Assembly: GCF_009914755.1 (NCBI RefSeq)
Contig: NC_060947.1
Length of the DNA stretch: 64,000 nt
Origin: the human T2T-CHM13v2.0 reference genome, Homo sapiens
Reading direction: 5' to 3' (one strand)
Shown here: piece by piece, positions 34,690 through 52,813 of the stretch
How the letters are laid out: the number at the start of each line of letters is the position of its first letter
Position numbering within the stretch: the stretch's first letter is position 1
Program-made: the position numbers and the translations under genes
The notes under the pieces: generated by a model
Databases searched by the model: none
What the model saw: only the letters and a program-made list of their open reading frames with translations
Told to the model about the DNA's origin: nothing

Positions 34690-35812
34690 TGATAAATGTG
34701 TTTTATTTCTTAAATTAAAAAATTAATTTTGTAGGCACATAGTAGATATATGTATTTATAGGGTACATGAGATGTTTTGATACAGGCATGCAGTGCTAAA
34801 TAATTACATCATGGAGAATGGAGTAACCATCCCCTCAAGCATTTATCCTTTGCATTACAAACAATCCGATTATACTTTTTTAGTAATTTTTAAATGTACA
34901 ATTAAGTTATTATTGACTATAGTCACGCCGTTGTGGTATAAAATAGTAGGTCTTTTTCATTCTTTCTAACTAACTAACTTTTTTGTATCCATTAAACATC
35001 CCCACCTCCCCCAGAGCTCCCTACTGCTCTTCCCAGCCTCTGGTAACCATCGTTCTACTCTCTTTGTCCACGAGTTTTGATTTTTACATTCCACAAATAA
35101 GCGAGAACATGTGATGTTTGTCCCTCTGTGCCTGACCTATTTCACTTAACATAATGATCTCAAGTTCCATCTATGTTGTTGCAAATGACTGGATCTCATT
35201 ATTTTTATGGGTGAATAGTACTCCATTGTGTATATGTGCCACATTATCTTTATCCATTCATCTGCTGATGGACAGTAGGTTGCTTCCAAATCTTAGCTAT
35301 TGTAAATAGTGCTGCAACAAACATAGGAGTGCAGATATCTCTTTGATATACTGATTTCCTTTGTAGTTTTGTAGTTTTCCTTTCTCATTGTAGTTTTGAT
35401 TTGCATTTCTATGATAATCAGTGATGTTAAGCACATTTTCCTATGCCTGTTTGCCATTTGTATGTTTTCTTTTGTGAAATGTCTATTAAAATCTTTTGTC
35501 CATTTTTTAATTGGATTATTAGACTTTTTCCTAAGGAGTTGTTTGAGTTCCTTATATATTTTGGTGATGAATCCCTCATCAGATGGGTAGTTTGCAAATA
35601 TTGTCTCCCATTTTGTACATTGTGTCTTTGTTGATTGTTTCCTTTGATGTGCAGAAGTCTTTTAACTTGAGGTGATCCCATTTGTCTATTTTTGCTTTGG
35701 TTACCTGTGTTTGTAGGCTATTATTATTTTTGTGGAATGTTTAGGTGTTTCCAAATATTTTATATATATGCGTGTATATGTATATATATATGTGTATATA
35801 TATGTATATATG

Positions 35813-35853
<41 letters not shown>

Positions 35854-36510
35854 ATATATATAAAATGAAATTTTTGCCCATACCAAGGTCCTGGAGAGTT
35901 TCTCCAGTGTTTTGTTGTTGTTGTTGTTGTTTTTGGTTTTGGTAGCAGTTTCATAGTTTGAGGTCTTAGATTTAATACAAAACCCTTCACCTTAACTTCA
36001 TCCCCCTCTCTTTTTTACTTTTTGTTGTTTCTATTTATATCTTATTGTACTGACTATGTCTTGAAAAGTTGTTTTAGTTATTATTTTTGATTGGTTCATC
36101 ATTTAGTCTTTCTATGTAGGATAAGAGTCGTTTACACACTACAGTTTGGACCTCTGGAATCAGCAATTACTCCCTGACTAGGGTTATTTTAAATATTCTC
36201 TCCCTGGGAGGAAGTCAGTTGAGTTTGATCTGGTTTTCCTTTATGCTCTCACAGGACAGCACAGAGTTCAATATCTCACAATTGCTGTCTTCTCCTTCCC
36301 CCAGCACCCGGAGACACTCTCCACCCACATCATGCCACTTTTGCCAGAGAGTGGGGGGTGGGGAAGGAGTGGTGTCAGTGATTCAAGATTGTTTTTACTG
36401 TCTCCTCAGTGCTTGTTTCAGCGGTATGAAGGTAAAACCAGGTACTACCATGAGGGGTCACCTGATTTTTGGTTCCTGTGAAGATTTTTTTTTTTCCTAT
36501 GTAGATAGTT
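34690..36510 (-). mobile_element. L1MA-type LINE, heavily deleted (3'UTR, ORF2 end and upstream fragments)
   Basis: gggtacatgagatgttttgatacaggcatgca; ttcccagcctctggtaaccatc; ORF2 tail remnants. Confidence 0.7.
35760..35862. repeat. Compound (TA)n/(TG)n microsatellite
   Basis: Direct reading. Confidence 0.95.
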
Positions 36511-36859
36511 GATTTAACTTTTATTAACATTATATTAACATCATTCTTGACCTGTCATTTCCCACTCATACCCGAATGCATATGACATTTGAGATCTATG
36601 TCAATTCATTGCATCTTATCTCTAATTCTACTGAAGTAATTTCTTACCAATTGTTTGTTATATTTTTTCTATAGTGTACCTAAGTTTATTCCCAGATTTT
36701 AACCATATTAGAAAATTGAATTGCTGATTCCTGTATCATAAGAGTAGGCAATAATCCGTGTACCATTGTAGATTGTATTCATCTATCCTTTCTTTGATTA
36801 TAGACAATAAAGCCCTGGTATGGTAAACTGTATTTTTGTTGAAAATATTTTGACTCTAT

Positions 36860-37204
36860 CCTATAGGAACACTCTATGGAGGATTTCCTTTCTCCATTGA
36901 CATCAGAATTGTTCTTGTGAATTGCTTTGTTCAATTAAGCATAAATGCCTTTCAAGCTGAAGCTTTATGAGATAGCATATGCTATTGTATGCTCTCCTTT
37001 CCTTACTGTGAAACCAGAAATGTCCTAGGAAGAGGCTGCTCTAATAATCTGGGTCCAAGAGCAAATGTATCATGGAATATAGCTATAGCTGACCTTAAAT
37101 AGAACTGTAGTTTGAGTGAAAAATAAATCTTTATGGTTTTAAGCCAGTTAGTTTTTGTGGTTATTTGCTATTATAACACAACTTAACCTAAGCTGACTGA
37201 CGCA
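36860..37204 (+). mobile_element. Old MLT1 LTR
   Basis: aaataaatcttt..ttttaagcca..gttatttgctattataacaca..gctgactgacgca. Confidence 0.6.
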
Positions 37205-37522
37205 CTTGGCAGCTGTGCTTATAATCTGTAATTTGGCAGTGGTACTTAGCGTGGCATCATGGACATAAAAGTGTACATGTATGTGTTAATATCTGCCCCT
37301 TCTCCTGTTGTCAAATTTCATCCACATATGAAATCTTAATGTATTTGTTTTCTTTTATTTTCCTCCTATATCCATACACCATTTACTTATTAATTATAAC
37401 CTTTTACTGGTAAAATTTTTAGAATGGGGATGTTCTAATTTTAGCTGATACTCAGATCTCTAACTCCTATCCCTTTCCAAGAAGCAGTAGCTCTTGATGT
37501 GGGTTTAAAGACTCACAATTAG

Positions 37523-40500
37523 GGAAGCCTATGGCCTGGGCAAGGTCTGAGTGGGACCCTACAGGAGCAAAACTGGTTTTGCCAACTGCATGAGAGCTGG
37601 GTGAAGACTCTCGCTACTGGCTATCTCCCACGTCCCTGGCAAACTATAGGACACAGCATAGGCACCAAAACTCCCTCTGGAACATAACCCCTTTGGCCTG
37701 AGAACTACCCCTACATCCTCCACAGTGGCTGTGGCAAGCCCTGCCCAGGTTGAGTCTGATGCCACACCTGCCTAACCCTGCCCCAACCTGAAGGTTTATC
37801 TCTACCCACCCCGGTAGCCAAACACAAAAGACAGAAACTCCTGGCTGCTTTATGGTGCTACCCAACACCTGAGAACCCACAATACTTACACTGGCCAACT
37901 TAGGGCAACCTTAGTTTCCCCTACTACTACTGCAGCTGGTGCTCCTTTGAAAGTACCACCTCCTCACTGGAGGCCAACCAACTCAGGCCATTACAGCAAC
38001 TCATTACAGAATAACCCTGATCCTAGGAAGGAAAATACAACAGATAATTCCACTGCCTGCAACATCCTGGCTAACCAGAGGTCCTGACTATGTCCACATG
38101 ACAACTTCATTGCTAGCATAACCAGCATTTGAGAAAGCCAGCACACTAAACATATCTACAACCAGGAACCCTCACAGAGTCTACTTCACTCCCTTGCCAC
38201 CTCCATCAGAACAGGTTCTGGTATCCACAGCTGGGAGACCTGAAGACAGATTGCATCAAAGGATGCTCTGCAGACATTCCCCAGCACCAGCCCAGAGCCT
38301 GGTACTACTGGTGGGTGGCTAGACCAAGAAGAGCAATAACAATCACTGTAGCCTGGCTCACAGGAAGCCCCATCCCTAGTAGAAGAAGAAGAGCACCACA
38401 TCAAGGGATCACCCTGTGGGACAAAAGAATCTGAACAGCACACTTTGGGTTTCAGAACTTTCCACAGAAATAGTCTACCCAAATGAGAAGGAACTAGAAA
38501 AGTAATTCTGGTAATATGACAAAGGAAGGTTTTATAAAACCCATAAAAATTCACATTAGCTTTCCAGCAATGGATCAAAAACAAGAAGAAATCTCTGAAT
38601 TTCCAGATAAAGTATTCAGAAGACTGATTACTAAGCTACTCAAGGAGATACCTACTGGAGAAAGGTAAGAACCAATGTAAAGAAATTTAAAAAAATACAC
38701 AATATGGATGAAAAATGCTGCAGAAAAATAAATATCATGGAGAAAAAAACCATCACAACTTCTGGAAATGAAAGACACACTTAGAGAAATACAAAATGCA
38801 CTAGAAAGTTTCATCAATAGTAGAACAAGAAGAAGAAAGAAATTCAGAGCTTGAAGACAAGGCTTTAGAATTTATGCTATCAGACAAAGACAAAGAAAAA
38901 AGAATTAAAAAACTTGAACAAAGCCTCCTTGAAATTTGGGATTATGTTAAATGGCCAAACCTAAGAATAATTGGTGTTCCTGCAGAAGAAGAGAAATCAA
39001 AAAGTTTGAAAAATTTATTTGAGAGAATAATTGGGGAAAATTTCCCTGGTCTTGCCAGATATCTAGACATCCACATACAAGAAGGTCAGAGAACACCTGA
39101 GAAATTCATCACAAAAAGATCATCACCTAGGAACATAGTGATCAGGTTATCTAAAGTCAAGATGAAAGAAAGATACTTACGATCTGTGAGACAAAAGCAT
39201 CAGGTAACCTATAAAGGCAAACCTACCAGATTAACAGCACATTTCTCAGCAGAAACCTCACAAGTCAGAAAGGATTGGGGTCCCATCTTTAGCCTAATGA
39301 AACAAAATAATTCTCAGCCAATACTTTTGTATCCAGCAAAATTAAACTTCATAAATAAAAGAGACATAAAGTCTTTTTCAGACAAACAAATGCTGAGAGA
39401 ATTTGCCAGTACCAAACCAGCACTACAAGAAATTATAAAAGGTGCTGTAAATCTTGAAACAAAACTTTGAAATGCACCAAAATAGAACCTCCTTGAAGCA
39501 TTAATCTCACTGGGCCTATCAAACTTAACACAATGATAAAAAGAACAAGGTATTAAGGTGACAAATAGCATGATGGATAGTTACAGTACCTCCCATCTCA
39601 ATACTAATGTTGAATGTAAATGACCTAAATGCTCCACTTAAAAGGTATAGAATTGCAGCATGGATAAAAATCCACAAGCCAAGTATCTGCTGTCTTCAAG
39701 AGATTTACCTAACACATAAGGACTCACATAAACTTAAGATAAAGGAGTAGAAAAAGATATTCCATGCAAATAGAAACCAAAAGTGACCAAGAGTAGTTAT
39801 TCTTAGACAAAACAGACTTTAAAGCAGCAACAGTAAAAAAAGACAAAGAGGGACATTATATAATGGTAAAAGGATTAGTCCAGTGGGAAAATATTACAAT
39901 CCTACATATATATGCACCTAACACTGGAGCTGCCAGATTTATCAAACAAGACCTAAGAATGAGACAGATGGCAACACAACAATAGTAGGGGATTTTAATA
40001 CTCCACTGAAAGCACTAAACAGGTCATCAAGATGGAAAGTCAACAAAGAAACAATGGACCTAAGCTATACCATAGAGTAAGTGGACTTAACAGATATTTA
40101 CAGAATATTCTACCCAACAACTGAGAATATACATTCTTTTCATCAGCACATGGAACATTATCCAAGATAGACCATATGATAGGTCACAGAACAAGTCTCA
40201 ATAAATTTAACAAAATCAAAATTATATCAAGTAATCCTCTCATACCACAGTGGAATAAAACTGCAAATTAACTCCAAAAGAAACCCTCAAAACTATACGA
40301 ATACATCAAAATTAAATAATCTCCTCTTGAATGATCTTTGGGTCAACAATGAAATCAAGATGAAAATTTAAAAATTGATTGAACTAGATGATAATAGTGA
40401 TAAAACTTACCAAAACCTCTGGGATACAGCAAAAGTGGTGCTAGGAGGAATGTTCATAGCATTAAATGCCTACATCAAAAAGTCTGAAAGAGTGCAAGTA

Positions 40501-43500
40501 GACAATCCAAGGTCACACCTCAAGGAAATAGAGAAACAAGAACAAGCCAAACCCAAACCCAGCAGAAGAAAAGAAATAATAAATATCAGAGCAGAACTAA
40601 ATGAAATTGAAACAAAAAAAAATACAAAAGACAAGTAAAACAAAAAGCTGGTTCTTTTAAAAGATGAACAAAATTATTAGACCATTAGTAACATTCACCC
40701 AGAAAAGAAGAGAGAAGTTTCAAATAAGCTCAATCAGAAATGAAACATGAGATATTACAAGTGACGCCACAGAAATACAAAAGATCATTCAAGGCTATTA
40801 TGAACACCTTTATGCACACCAACTAGTAAATCTAGAGGAGATGGAAAAATTCCTGGAAATATACAACCCTCCTAGATTAAATCACGAAGAAATAGGAACT
40901 CTGAACAGAACAAAAACATGTAGCGAGATTGAAACAGTAATAAAAAATTTCCAACAAAAAAAGTCCAGGATCAGATGGATTCACAGCTGAATTGTATCAG
41001 ACATTCAAAGAATTGGTACAAATCTTACTGAAACTATTCCAAAATATGAAGAAAAAGAGAACCCTCCCTAAATCATTCCATAAAGGCAGTATCATCCTAA
41101 TACCAAATCCAGGAAAGGAGATAACAAAAAATGAAAACTACAGACCAATATCCCTTATGAACATAGATGCAAAAATCCTCAACAAAATACTAGCTAACTG
41201 AATGCAACAGCATATCTAAAAAGATAGTATGCCATGATCAAGTAGGTTTCACACTGGGGATGCAGGGATGGTTTAACACATGCAAGTCAATAAATGTAAT
41301 GCATCACATAAACAGAATTAAAAACAAAAATTATATGACCATCTCAATAGATGCAGGCAAAGCATTTGACAAAATTCAGAATCTCTTTATGATTAAAACC
41401 CTCAGCAAAATTTCCATAGAGGGGACATTCCTCAAGGTAATAAAAGCAGTCTATGAAAAACACACAGCCAACATTATACTAAACAGAGAAAATTCGAAAG
41501 CATTGTCCCTAAGAACTGGAGCAAGACAAGGATGCCCACTTTTACTACTTTTAATCAACATAGTTCTGGAAGTCCTAGCTAGAGCAATCAGACAAGAGAA
41601 AGAAATCAAGGGCATCTAAATCGGTAAGGAGGAAGTCAGACTCTCACTGTTTGCCAATGATGTGATCATATACCTAGAGAAAACTAAAGATTTATCCAAA
41701 AAGCTCCTAGATCTGATAAATGAATCCAGTAAAGTCTCAGGCTACAAAATCAAGGTACACAAATCAGTAGCACTGCTATACACCAACAACGACCAAGCTG
41801 AGAATCAAATCAAGAACTCAATCCCTTTTACAACCACTGCTACTGCCAAAAAAAAAAAAAAAAAAAACTTAAGAATATACCTAACCAAGGAGGTGAAAGA
41901 TCTCTACAAGGAAAATTGCAAAACACTGCTGAAAGAAATCACTGAAGACACAAACAAATGGAAATACATCCCATGCTCATGGATGGGTAGAATCAATATT
42001 GTGAAAATGACCATACTGCCAAAAGCAATCTACAAATTCAATGCAATTTCCATCAAAATACCACCATTATTCTTCACAGAACTAGAAAAAAAAATCCTAA
42101 AATTCATACAGAATCAAAAAGAGCCCACATAGCCAAAGCAAGACTAAGCAAAAAGAACACATCTGGAGGCATCACATTCCTTACTTCAAACTATACTGTA
42201 AGGCCATAGTCACCAAAACAGCATGGTACTGGTATATAAATAGGCATGTAGACAAATGGAACTGAATATAGAACCAAGAAATAAAGTCAAATACTTACAG
42301 CAAACTGATTTTTGACAAAGCAATAAAAAATATAAAGTAGGAAAAAGACACTCTATTTAACTAATGGTGATAGAATAATTGGCAACCCACATGTAGAAGA
42401 ATAAAACTAGGTCCTCATCTCTTACCTGATACAAAAATCAACTCAAGATGGATCAAAGACTTAAACATGAGACCTGAAACCATAAAAATTCTAGAAGATA
42501 TCATTGGCAAAAAACTCTTCTAGACATTAGCTTAGACAGAGTTCGTGACCAAGAACCCAAAAGCAAATGTGACAAAAACAAAGATAAATAGATGGGACCT
42601 AATTAAACTAAAAAGCTTCTGCATGGCGAAAGAAATAATCAGTGGAGTAACCAGACAACCCACAGAGTGGGAGAAAATATTCACAAACAATGCATCTGAC
42701 AAAGGACTAATATCCAGAATCCACAAGGAACTCAAACAAATCAGCAAGAATAAAAATAATTAATTCCATCAAAAAGTGGGTAAAGGACATGAATAGACAG
42801 TTCTCAAAAGAATATGTGCAAATGGCCAACAAACATGAAACAATTCTCAATATCACTAATTATCATGGAATTGCAAATCAAAACCACAATTAGATACCAC
42901 CTTAAGAATGACCATAATTTAAAAATAAAAAAAAAAAAACAGATGTTGGCATGGATGTTGTGAAAAGGTAACACTTTTACACTGCTGGTAGGAATGTAAG
43001 CTAGTACAATCACTGTGGAAAACAATATGGAGATTCCTTAAAGGACTAAAAGTAGAACTACCAGCAATCCCACTATGGGGTATCTATCCAGAGAAAAAGT
43101 CATCGTATGAAAAACATGCATGTTTATAGGAGCACAATTTGCAATTGTAAAAATATGGAACCAGCCCAAGTGCCCATCAACTAATGAGTGGATAAAGGAA
43201 ATGTGCTATATATATATATAAATACTACTCAGCCATAAAAAGGAACAAAATAACGGCATTTGCGGCAACCTCAATGGAGTTGGAGATCATTATGCTAAGT
43301 GAGGTAACTCAGGAATGGAAAACCAAATATCATATGCTCTCACTTATAAGTGGGAGCTAAGCTATGAGGATGCAAAGGCATAAGAGTAATATAATGGACT
43401 CTGGTGACCTGAGGGGTAGGTTGGAAGGGGGTTGAGGGATAAAAGACTACACATTGGGTACAGTGTACACTGCTTGGATGACAAGTGCCCAAAAATTTCA

Positions 43501-43596
43501 GAAATTACCACTAAAGAACTTATCCATGTAACCAAAATCCTCCTGTTTTCCCAAAACTATTGAAATAGATTTTTTTTAAATGACAAATATGAATAA
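37523..43596 (+). mobile_element. Near full-length L1PB-like LINE-1 with degenerate ORF1 and ORF2
   Basis: ORF1 remnants (EIWDYVKWPNLRIIGVP, 38874-39470), fragmented ORF2 to about 43350, L1PB-type 3' end ccaaaactattgaaat; TSD aa(a/g)gactcacaattag at 37507-37522 and 43597-43612. Confidence 0.9.
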
Positions 43597-43699
43597 AAGG
43601 ACTCACAATTAGAAAAGCAGCAATTCACCTCAAGTAAACATGGAAAGGGCTAAGTACCATTCTAAGTTTATTGACCTTGTGTTGTTTAATGATAACAAT

Positions 43700-43870
43700 G
43701 ACATTAAACTTAGTGTACTATTTTAGTCACCATTTCAAGATAGAGAAACTAAGGCAGAGGAAATTTAAGTATTTTGTCCAAAGACACACATACGGTAAGT
43801 GTCAAAAACACGATTTGAATCCAGTCAGTCTGGCATCAATGTTCCCTACTTTTCACCATTACTCCAAACT
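43700..43870. mobile_element. MIR fragment
   Basis: gatagagaaactaaggcagag..ttgtccaaagacacaca..gatttgaatccagtcagtctgg. Confidence 0.65.
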
Positions 43871-44835
43871 CCCTTTATTAGGATTAGTAGGGAATGGTGC
43901 TTTTCTTAGGAGAAATGAAGAGTTTAAAAGCTCTATCTTTCCTGGGATCTGATCTCTCTAAACTTGCCCCCTTATATTTCAAGGTAAAATTGGCTGATTC
44001 CTGTTTGTGTGAGGCTCAGGGACAGGGAGGAAGAAAGTACGTGGTTCTCATTAGGCTGTAGAAAGGGGAAAGTTTTCTTTGGCTTTGCTATTTTGTGCTG
44101 CTTGTAGCCGAGGTGGTAACATCTAGAAGGCTAGGGTCAGGATATGCAGGCAAAACCAAGCCTCTTAAGATTCACATATGGCCCATTGTTGACACCAGGG
44201 AAAGAATTTTGGTTTCAAAACCCCAACTAAGAGAAGTACGTGCATTTGGCTGGACAGTTCTCTGTAAGTTTTACCCTCAGGAAACTGGCACAAGTAAAAG
44301 CTAGTGAGGATTTTAGGGGCATGAGGACCCCAAGGAATCTTCATCAGAGAAATATTAATATAGTCAGTCTTTTTTTTTCTTTTCCCATATTTGCGCTAGT
44401 CTGGGCCATCTCTATCATCAGGTTATTGTAGTAGTTCTCATTTTTTGGTCAGATAACTTCACCTGCTTCCTACTGATGATTAAAAGCATTCAAAAGTATT
44501 TCTCTTGGTTGCACCCCCAGCCCCTTTCTGTTTTATTTCTCATTTTTCCCTTTTGAGTGCCCTGTGTCCCACCCATGTCCTGCATTTCCGGCTTCAGTTT
44601 CTTTGCCCAAAACTGTTTCCAAATGCCTAAAATGCCTCCCAATCGCACTTCCACATATTCAAATTTTTCAAGTCCAAATGCAAACTTGTCTTCTCCAAGA
44701 AGATTTTTCTGATTCCTTAGCCTGTTGTAGTTTCTCACTCTTCAGAAAGCCAAGAGAAATGATCTGTTTTTTCTCTTATAGTAGATGTGAATTATTACTT
44801 TGCAGTAAATTAGCTGTGTTTTATCTACACCATAA

Positions 44836-45193
<358 letters not shown>

Positions 45194-45377
45194 TAGGCAT
45201 TTATATTCCCACAGCTCATACCCTTTGTTCCTTTATCCAGTCATTTATTTAGTTAACAGTAACGAACAAAAGATAGGCATTGCTTATATTCATGAAGCCA
45301 ATATAGGGTAAATACACACAGTAAGCCTTCAAATATTTGTTGAATGAGTGTTGATCATAGTTGATGTATTTACTGGT

Positions 45378-45781
45378 TGTATTAGACCATGCAGGCTGCT
45401 ATAACAAGATACCTTAGACTGTAATTTATAAACAATAGGAATTTATTGCTCACAGTTTTGGAGACTGAGAAGTCTAAGATGAAGATGCCAGCAAATTTGG
45501 TGTCTGGTGAGGGTCTGTTTCTCATAGATGGTGCCTCTGTGTCCTCACATAGTAGAAGAGGCAGAGGGGAAAAACAGCCTCCCTCAATATCCTTTTATAA
45601 GGGCACTAATCCCCAATAGGTTAGGGATTAGAGCCTGCCCTCATGACCTAATCACCTCCAAAAGGCCTGTAGTAGTTCTCCTTAGGCTATAGAAAGGGGA
45701 AATTGTCCTTAATACCACCACAATGGGGAGTAAGCTTCAACATATGAATTTTGGAGAAACACCAACTTTCAGACCATGGGA
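45378..45781 (-). mobile_element. MaLR solo LTR (MST/MLT1A-like) with a ~40-bp foreign insertion
   Basis: tgtattagacc..gctgctataacaa ... cagaccatggga; perfect 5-bp TSD ctggt. Confidence 0.85.
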
Positions 45782-46991
45782 CTGGTCTTTATTGTAATAA
45801 ATAGGCCTTTAAGTATAAAGAAATATTAGGTTTATATTTAAAAGTACCTCAAGGTGTATACAAAGGTCTATAGAATTCCTTTAAGATTTAACATCCACAA
45901 GAAAGCTTAAGACACCATAAATTCAATGTAAGTTGATAATAATAGACACCTTAAAACATTTTAAATGTTGTTTTAATTTTTAAGCCTATCATCTAAAAGC
46001 CTGTGAATGGGGGAATAATTATGCATTCTGGCCAGAATTTACATGGTATGGAATCAGGGTCTCAAGATTAAATCAGCCATTCTCAGCATAGAAAATGCTC
46101 CTAATTCATTTTACTATTACAGTAAAATGGTCTATGGAACCAGATAGTTTACTCTTGCCATTAAAACATTAATTCTAATGGCGTAAATGGCAAATCAAGT
46201 TCTCTGACAGAAATTAGTGGGACTCTAGTTTGATATGTGCAAATTATAAAGTCAACAACAACACATAAGCAGCTAACTCAGGAGAATAGTATTTTTAGGA
46301 AAACTCCTGCCTTTAAGCCCAAGCAATTGTGATCACTTTGAGAATTGTTCTTCTTGGTTATCTGGGATAATCCTCACCACCCTGTCAAAATTGACTATAA
46401 AAAGCATCCTATTTTGTGTGAAGTTTGCTAATTTTAGGATCACTAGAAAACAGTATCTCCTGTCTCCTCGAACTCCGGGACCCCGGTAAACCTAGTCAGG
46501 AATCCTAGGATTGTGCAACTCTCATGTAGCCAGGTAGGTGGCAGGGCTGTCTCCAAAGTCCTGCTGTCATTGGCCTTCAATGCATCTCACCTCTGATCCC
46601 TCCTTTGTGTGTGCCTAGCACTTTGTGTATATGTCTATAAGTGTACTTACAATATTGTATTCTAATTGTCGGATTGCCAATCTCTGTCACTAAATGAGAT
46701 GTGTCTTGAGGGCAAGGACTGAGTCGTTATGTCTCAAGCAACTAGAATGAATCTTTAAATAAATATTTGATGACTGACTTAACAAATTGCATATGTTATG
46801 CAGAGATGTCTTAAGAATAGAAATGGTGCCAGAAAATCAAGAACACTTACTTAACCTTTACTTTCCCCACTGATTAGCTGGCGAATAAAATCACTTAATT
46901 AGAAATTCAGTTATTTTCCTTTTCTAAAAATATCCAAGTACTCCTGGTGTGGCTAACATATAAAAACCTATAGGTGATTTTTGGGTAAGTT

Positions 46992-47180
46992 CAGTGGTTC
47001 TCAAACATCGGGGTGCATCAGAATCACCTGGAGGTATTGTTAAAACACAGATTGCTGGGCTTCACCCCCAGAGTTTCTGATTTAGTAGGTCTAGGATAGG
47101 GCCTAAGAATGTGCATTTCTAACACATTCTCAGGTGACATTGATGGTGATGGCCCAGGGAACACATTTTAAGAACCACTG
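46992..47180. mobile_element. MER5A (hAT-Charlie), full length
   Basis: 189 bp; TIRs cagtggttctcaaa / ttaagaaccactg. Confidence 0.9.
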
Positions 47181-48485
47181 GCTTACTGTAAAGGAACTAT
47201 CAGATCATTACCAGAGGGTAGATTTTGATGGCTATAGACAGTGCAGGAGAGTATGAAAGGAGGAAGAAAGAAGGAAAAATGGAGAATAAACATAGCTCCA
47301 AGACAAGTTACACTTTACAATTTTTTTGACGGCCTGAAATAGTAGAAATCTTTGAAGTGTAATGTGTAGTTGTGGAATTGGCACAGTGCACTCACCTTGG
47401 GAATAGAAAATAAGACTTTCTAAATACAATATTCTTTACACCTTAAAAGGGGTATTTCAATAAATGGGATAAATGCTTATTTAACAATTTACAAATATAG
47501 CATGCTTTTTCCAAGTCATTTGGCCTTTAAAATGTGTGATTGCTTTTTTTGTCCAACAATAAGAGGCTATTTTGTGCTATTTTCCCCATGAATACTGCTG
47601 TTATTACTTAATATTTATTAAATAGCCACCATAGTGGCTTTATTCTTACAGAAGAGGTTTTTCTTCTTTGAATTTCTGTGTGAAATAGGATTTTCCTGCT
47701 GCCTGTCAAATTGAAACCATATTAAACAACACAGAATAACTTGAAGCAGACTGGGGTAAGAGGAATCAATGCCCACTTTTCTGAATTTAGAAAAGCCAAC
47801 AACAACAAACGAAACATTTCCTTCTTTTAGCTTGATCCTAATGTATCTATTAGTAATGCAGTTGCAAATACATCCAATCAATTAAACAGGTCACACACTG
47901 ATGAGCCTTAAGATTTATTGTTTAGAAGTGAAATGTAGGAACATATCATGTCAAAGGAAATAGGATCCATAGTTTAAGGGAAGATAAATCAGACTTTGAA
48001 GGTAATAATCTTCAGAAAAGTCATTTTAAAGAGACACTGTACATGTTGGATTTGATAACTTGAGGAGAATGAGAATTATAATAGTGCTAAAGGGTGAAGC
48101 TGAGAATTTGAAGACCAGGGAAAATTTAATAAAAAAGAGTCATACTTTATGACATGGATTAGGAAACTGCAAGGATAGAATTCACAGTCCTAATTTCTGT
48201 TATTTGGAAAAAAGAAAAAAATCTATTTCATGATGAGACATAATCACAATTCTAGCAGTCTCAAAATAATTATTTCTAGTTCAAAACTATATAATAAATC
48301 ACAACACAAAATAAATATGCCTTCAGACATATTGAGGCTGGGTTTTATTTTTCTCTTTCTCCTCTGATTCCTCTTTCTCCTCTGATTCCTCTCCACCAGA
48401 TGTGTGAATGCATAAATAATGGAAGAAAAGACTAAGACAGGAAATTACCACACAGAACAATTTGAAGAAAGCATCAATTATGGTT

Positions 48486-48933
48486 CTATTATGGGTTGAA
48501 TTGTGTCCCACAAAAAGGTATGTTGAACTCCTAATCCCCCATACCTCAGATTGTGACCTTATTTGAAAATAGGTTTGTTGCAGATGTAACTAGTTAAGAT
48601 GAGGTCATGCTGGAATAGGTGGCCCTTAAAAGAAGTATGACTGGTGTACTTATGAGAAAAGGAGAGGAGACACAGATGCATAAGAAAAATGCTATGTAAC
48701 AACAGAGGTGGAAATTTGAGTGGTGCACCTACAAGCCAAAGAATGCCGAGGATTGCCAGACATCTCCAGAAGCTAGGAAAGAGGCATGGAACAGATCTTC
48801 CCTCAGAGGAAACCATTCCTGCTGACACCATTTCAGACTTCTAGCCTCCAGAACTGTGAAAGAATATGTTTTTGTTGTGTTAAGCCACCCAGTTTGTGGT
48901 GCTGTGTTATAGCAGCCCTAGGAAACTGATGTA
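48486..48933 (+). mobile_element. MLT1B/C LTR
   Basis: tatgggttgaattgtgtccc..cagacttctagcctccagaactgtg..gcagccctaggaaactgat. Confidence 0.85.
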
Positions 48934-49539
48934 GTTTCTTTCTCAAAACTTCATATGTTTCAAGATTTATTCACATAAAGGGCTAAACTTTCCTTCTACG
49001 TTAACTCATATTTCAAAACTCAAGTCAGTGAAAACCTTTAATGAAACTAAAAATCATGAATAAATGAGATGAGTTTTTATTAGGATGATTCTCAGGAAAG
49101 TACATGTAATAACAGTCAACACACATCCTAGGGCACACTATCCAAATAGAAATGAAAAAAGAGATAAAGTGGGAATAAAAATGCCTGAAAATATTCTATA
49201 TTTTATTTTTAATAGTAGGAAAACTTTTTTGTTCTCACTAATATGTTATTACAAATGTTACATATAGATTATACTTTAGTGAGAGCAATGCTACTGGATG
49301 TAGTTAATTACTTTTAAATTCTTAGTTTAATAGTTTGTGATGCAATGATTTAATGGTCTGGTTCTAAATTTCGTATATGTTGATACCTGGTTTTAATGGT
49401 TATTATAGTCAAAAAACCTACTTCACAAAAATATATAGGACCAAATGAAAAGAGTGCACTGTTGGCTGCATTTATTAAATACTGATGTTCAATTCTTTGT
49501 TCCAACCACCAATTTTGTAAATGTTTTGGTTAAATTATG

Positions 49540-52752
<3,213 letters not shown>

Positions 52753-52813
52753 CCATTTAATTTTATCTTTCAAATAAAATTACAGCAGTTGCGTAGTTTA
52801 AAAGTTAACAAGA

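Noticed and set aside
43566-43596. Possible short 3' transduction after the L1PB
   Set aside because: Only about 30 bp and AT-rich; indistinguishable from a decayed poly-A tail
47652-47755. Plus-strand coding exon
   Set aside because: Splice-like signals are present but all three frames contain stops; kept only as a possible noncoding acceptor
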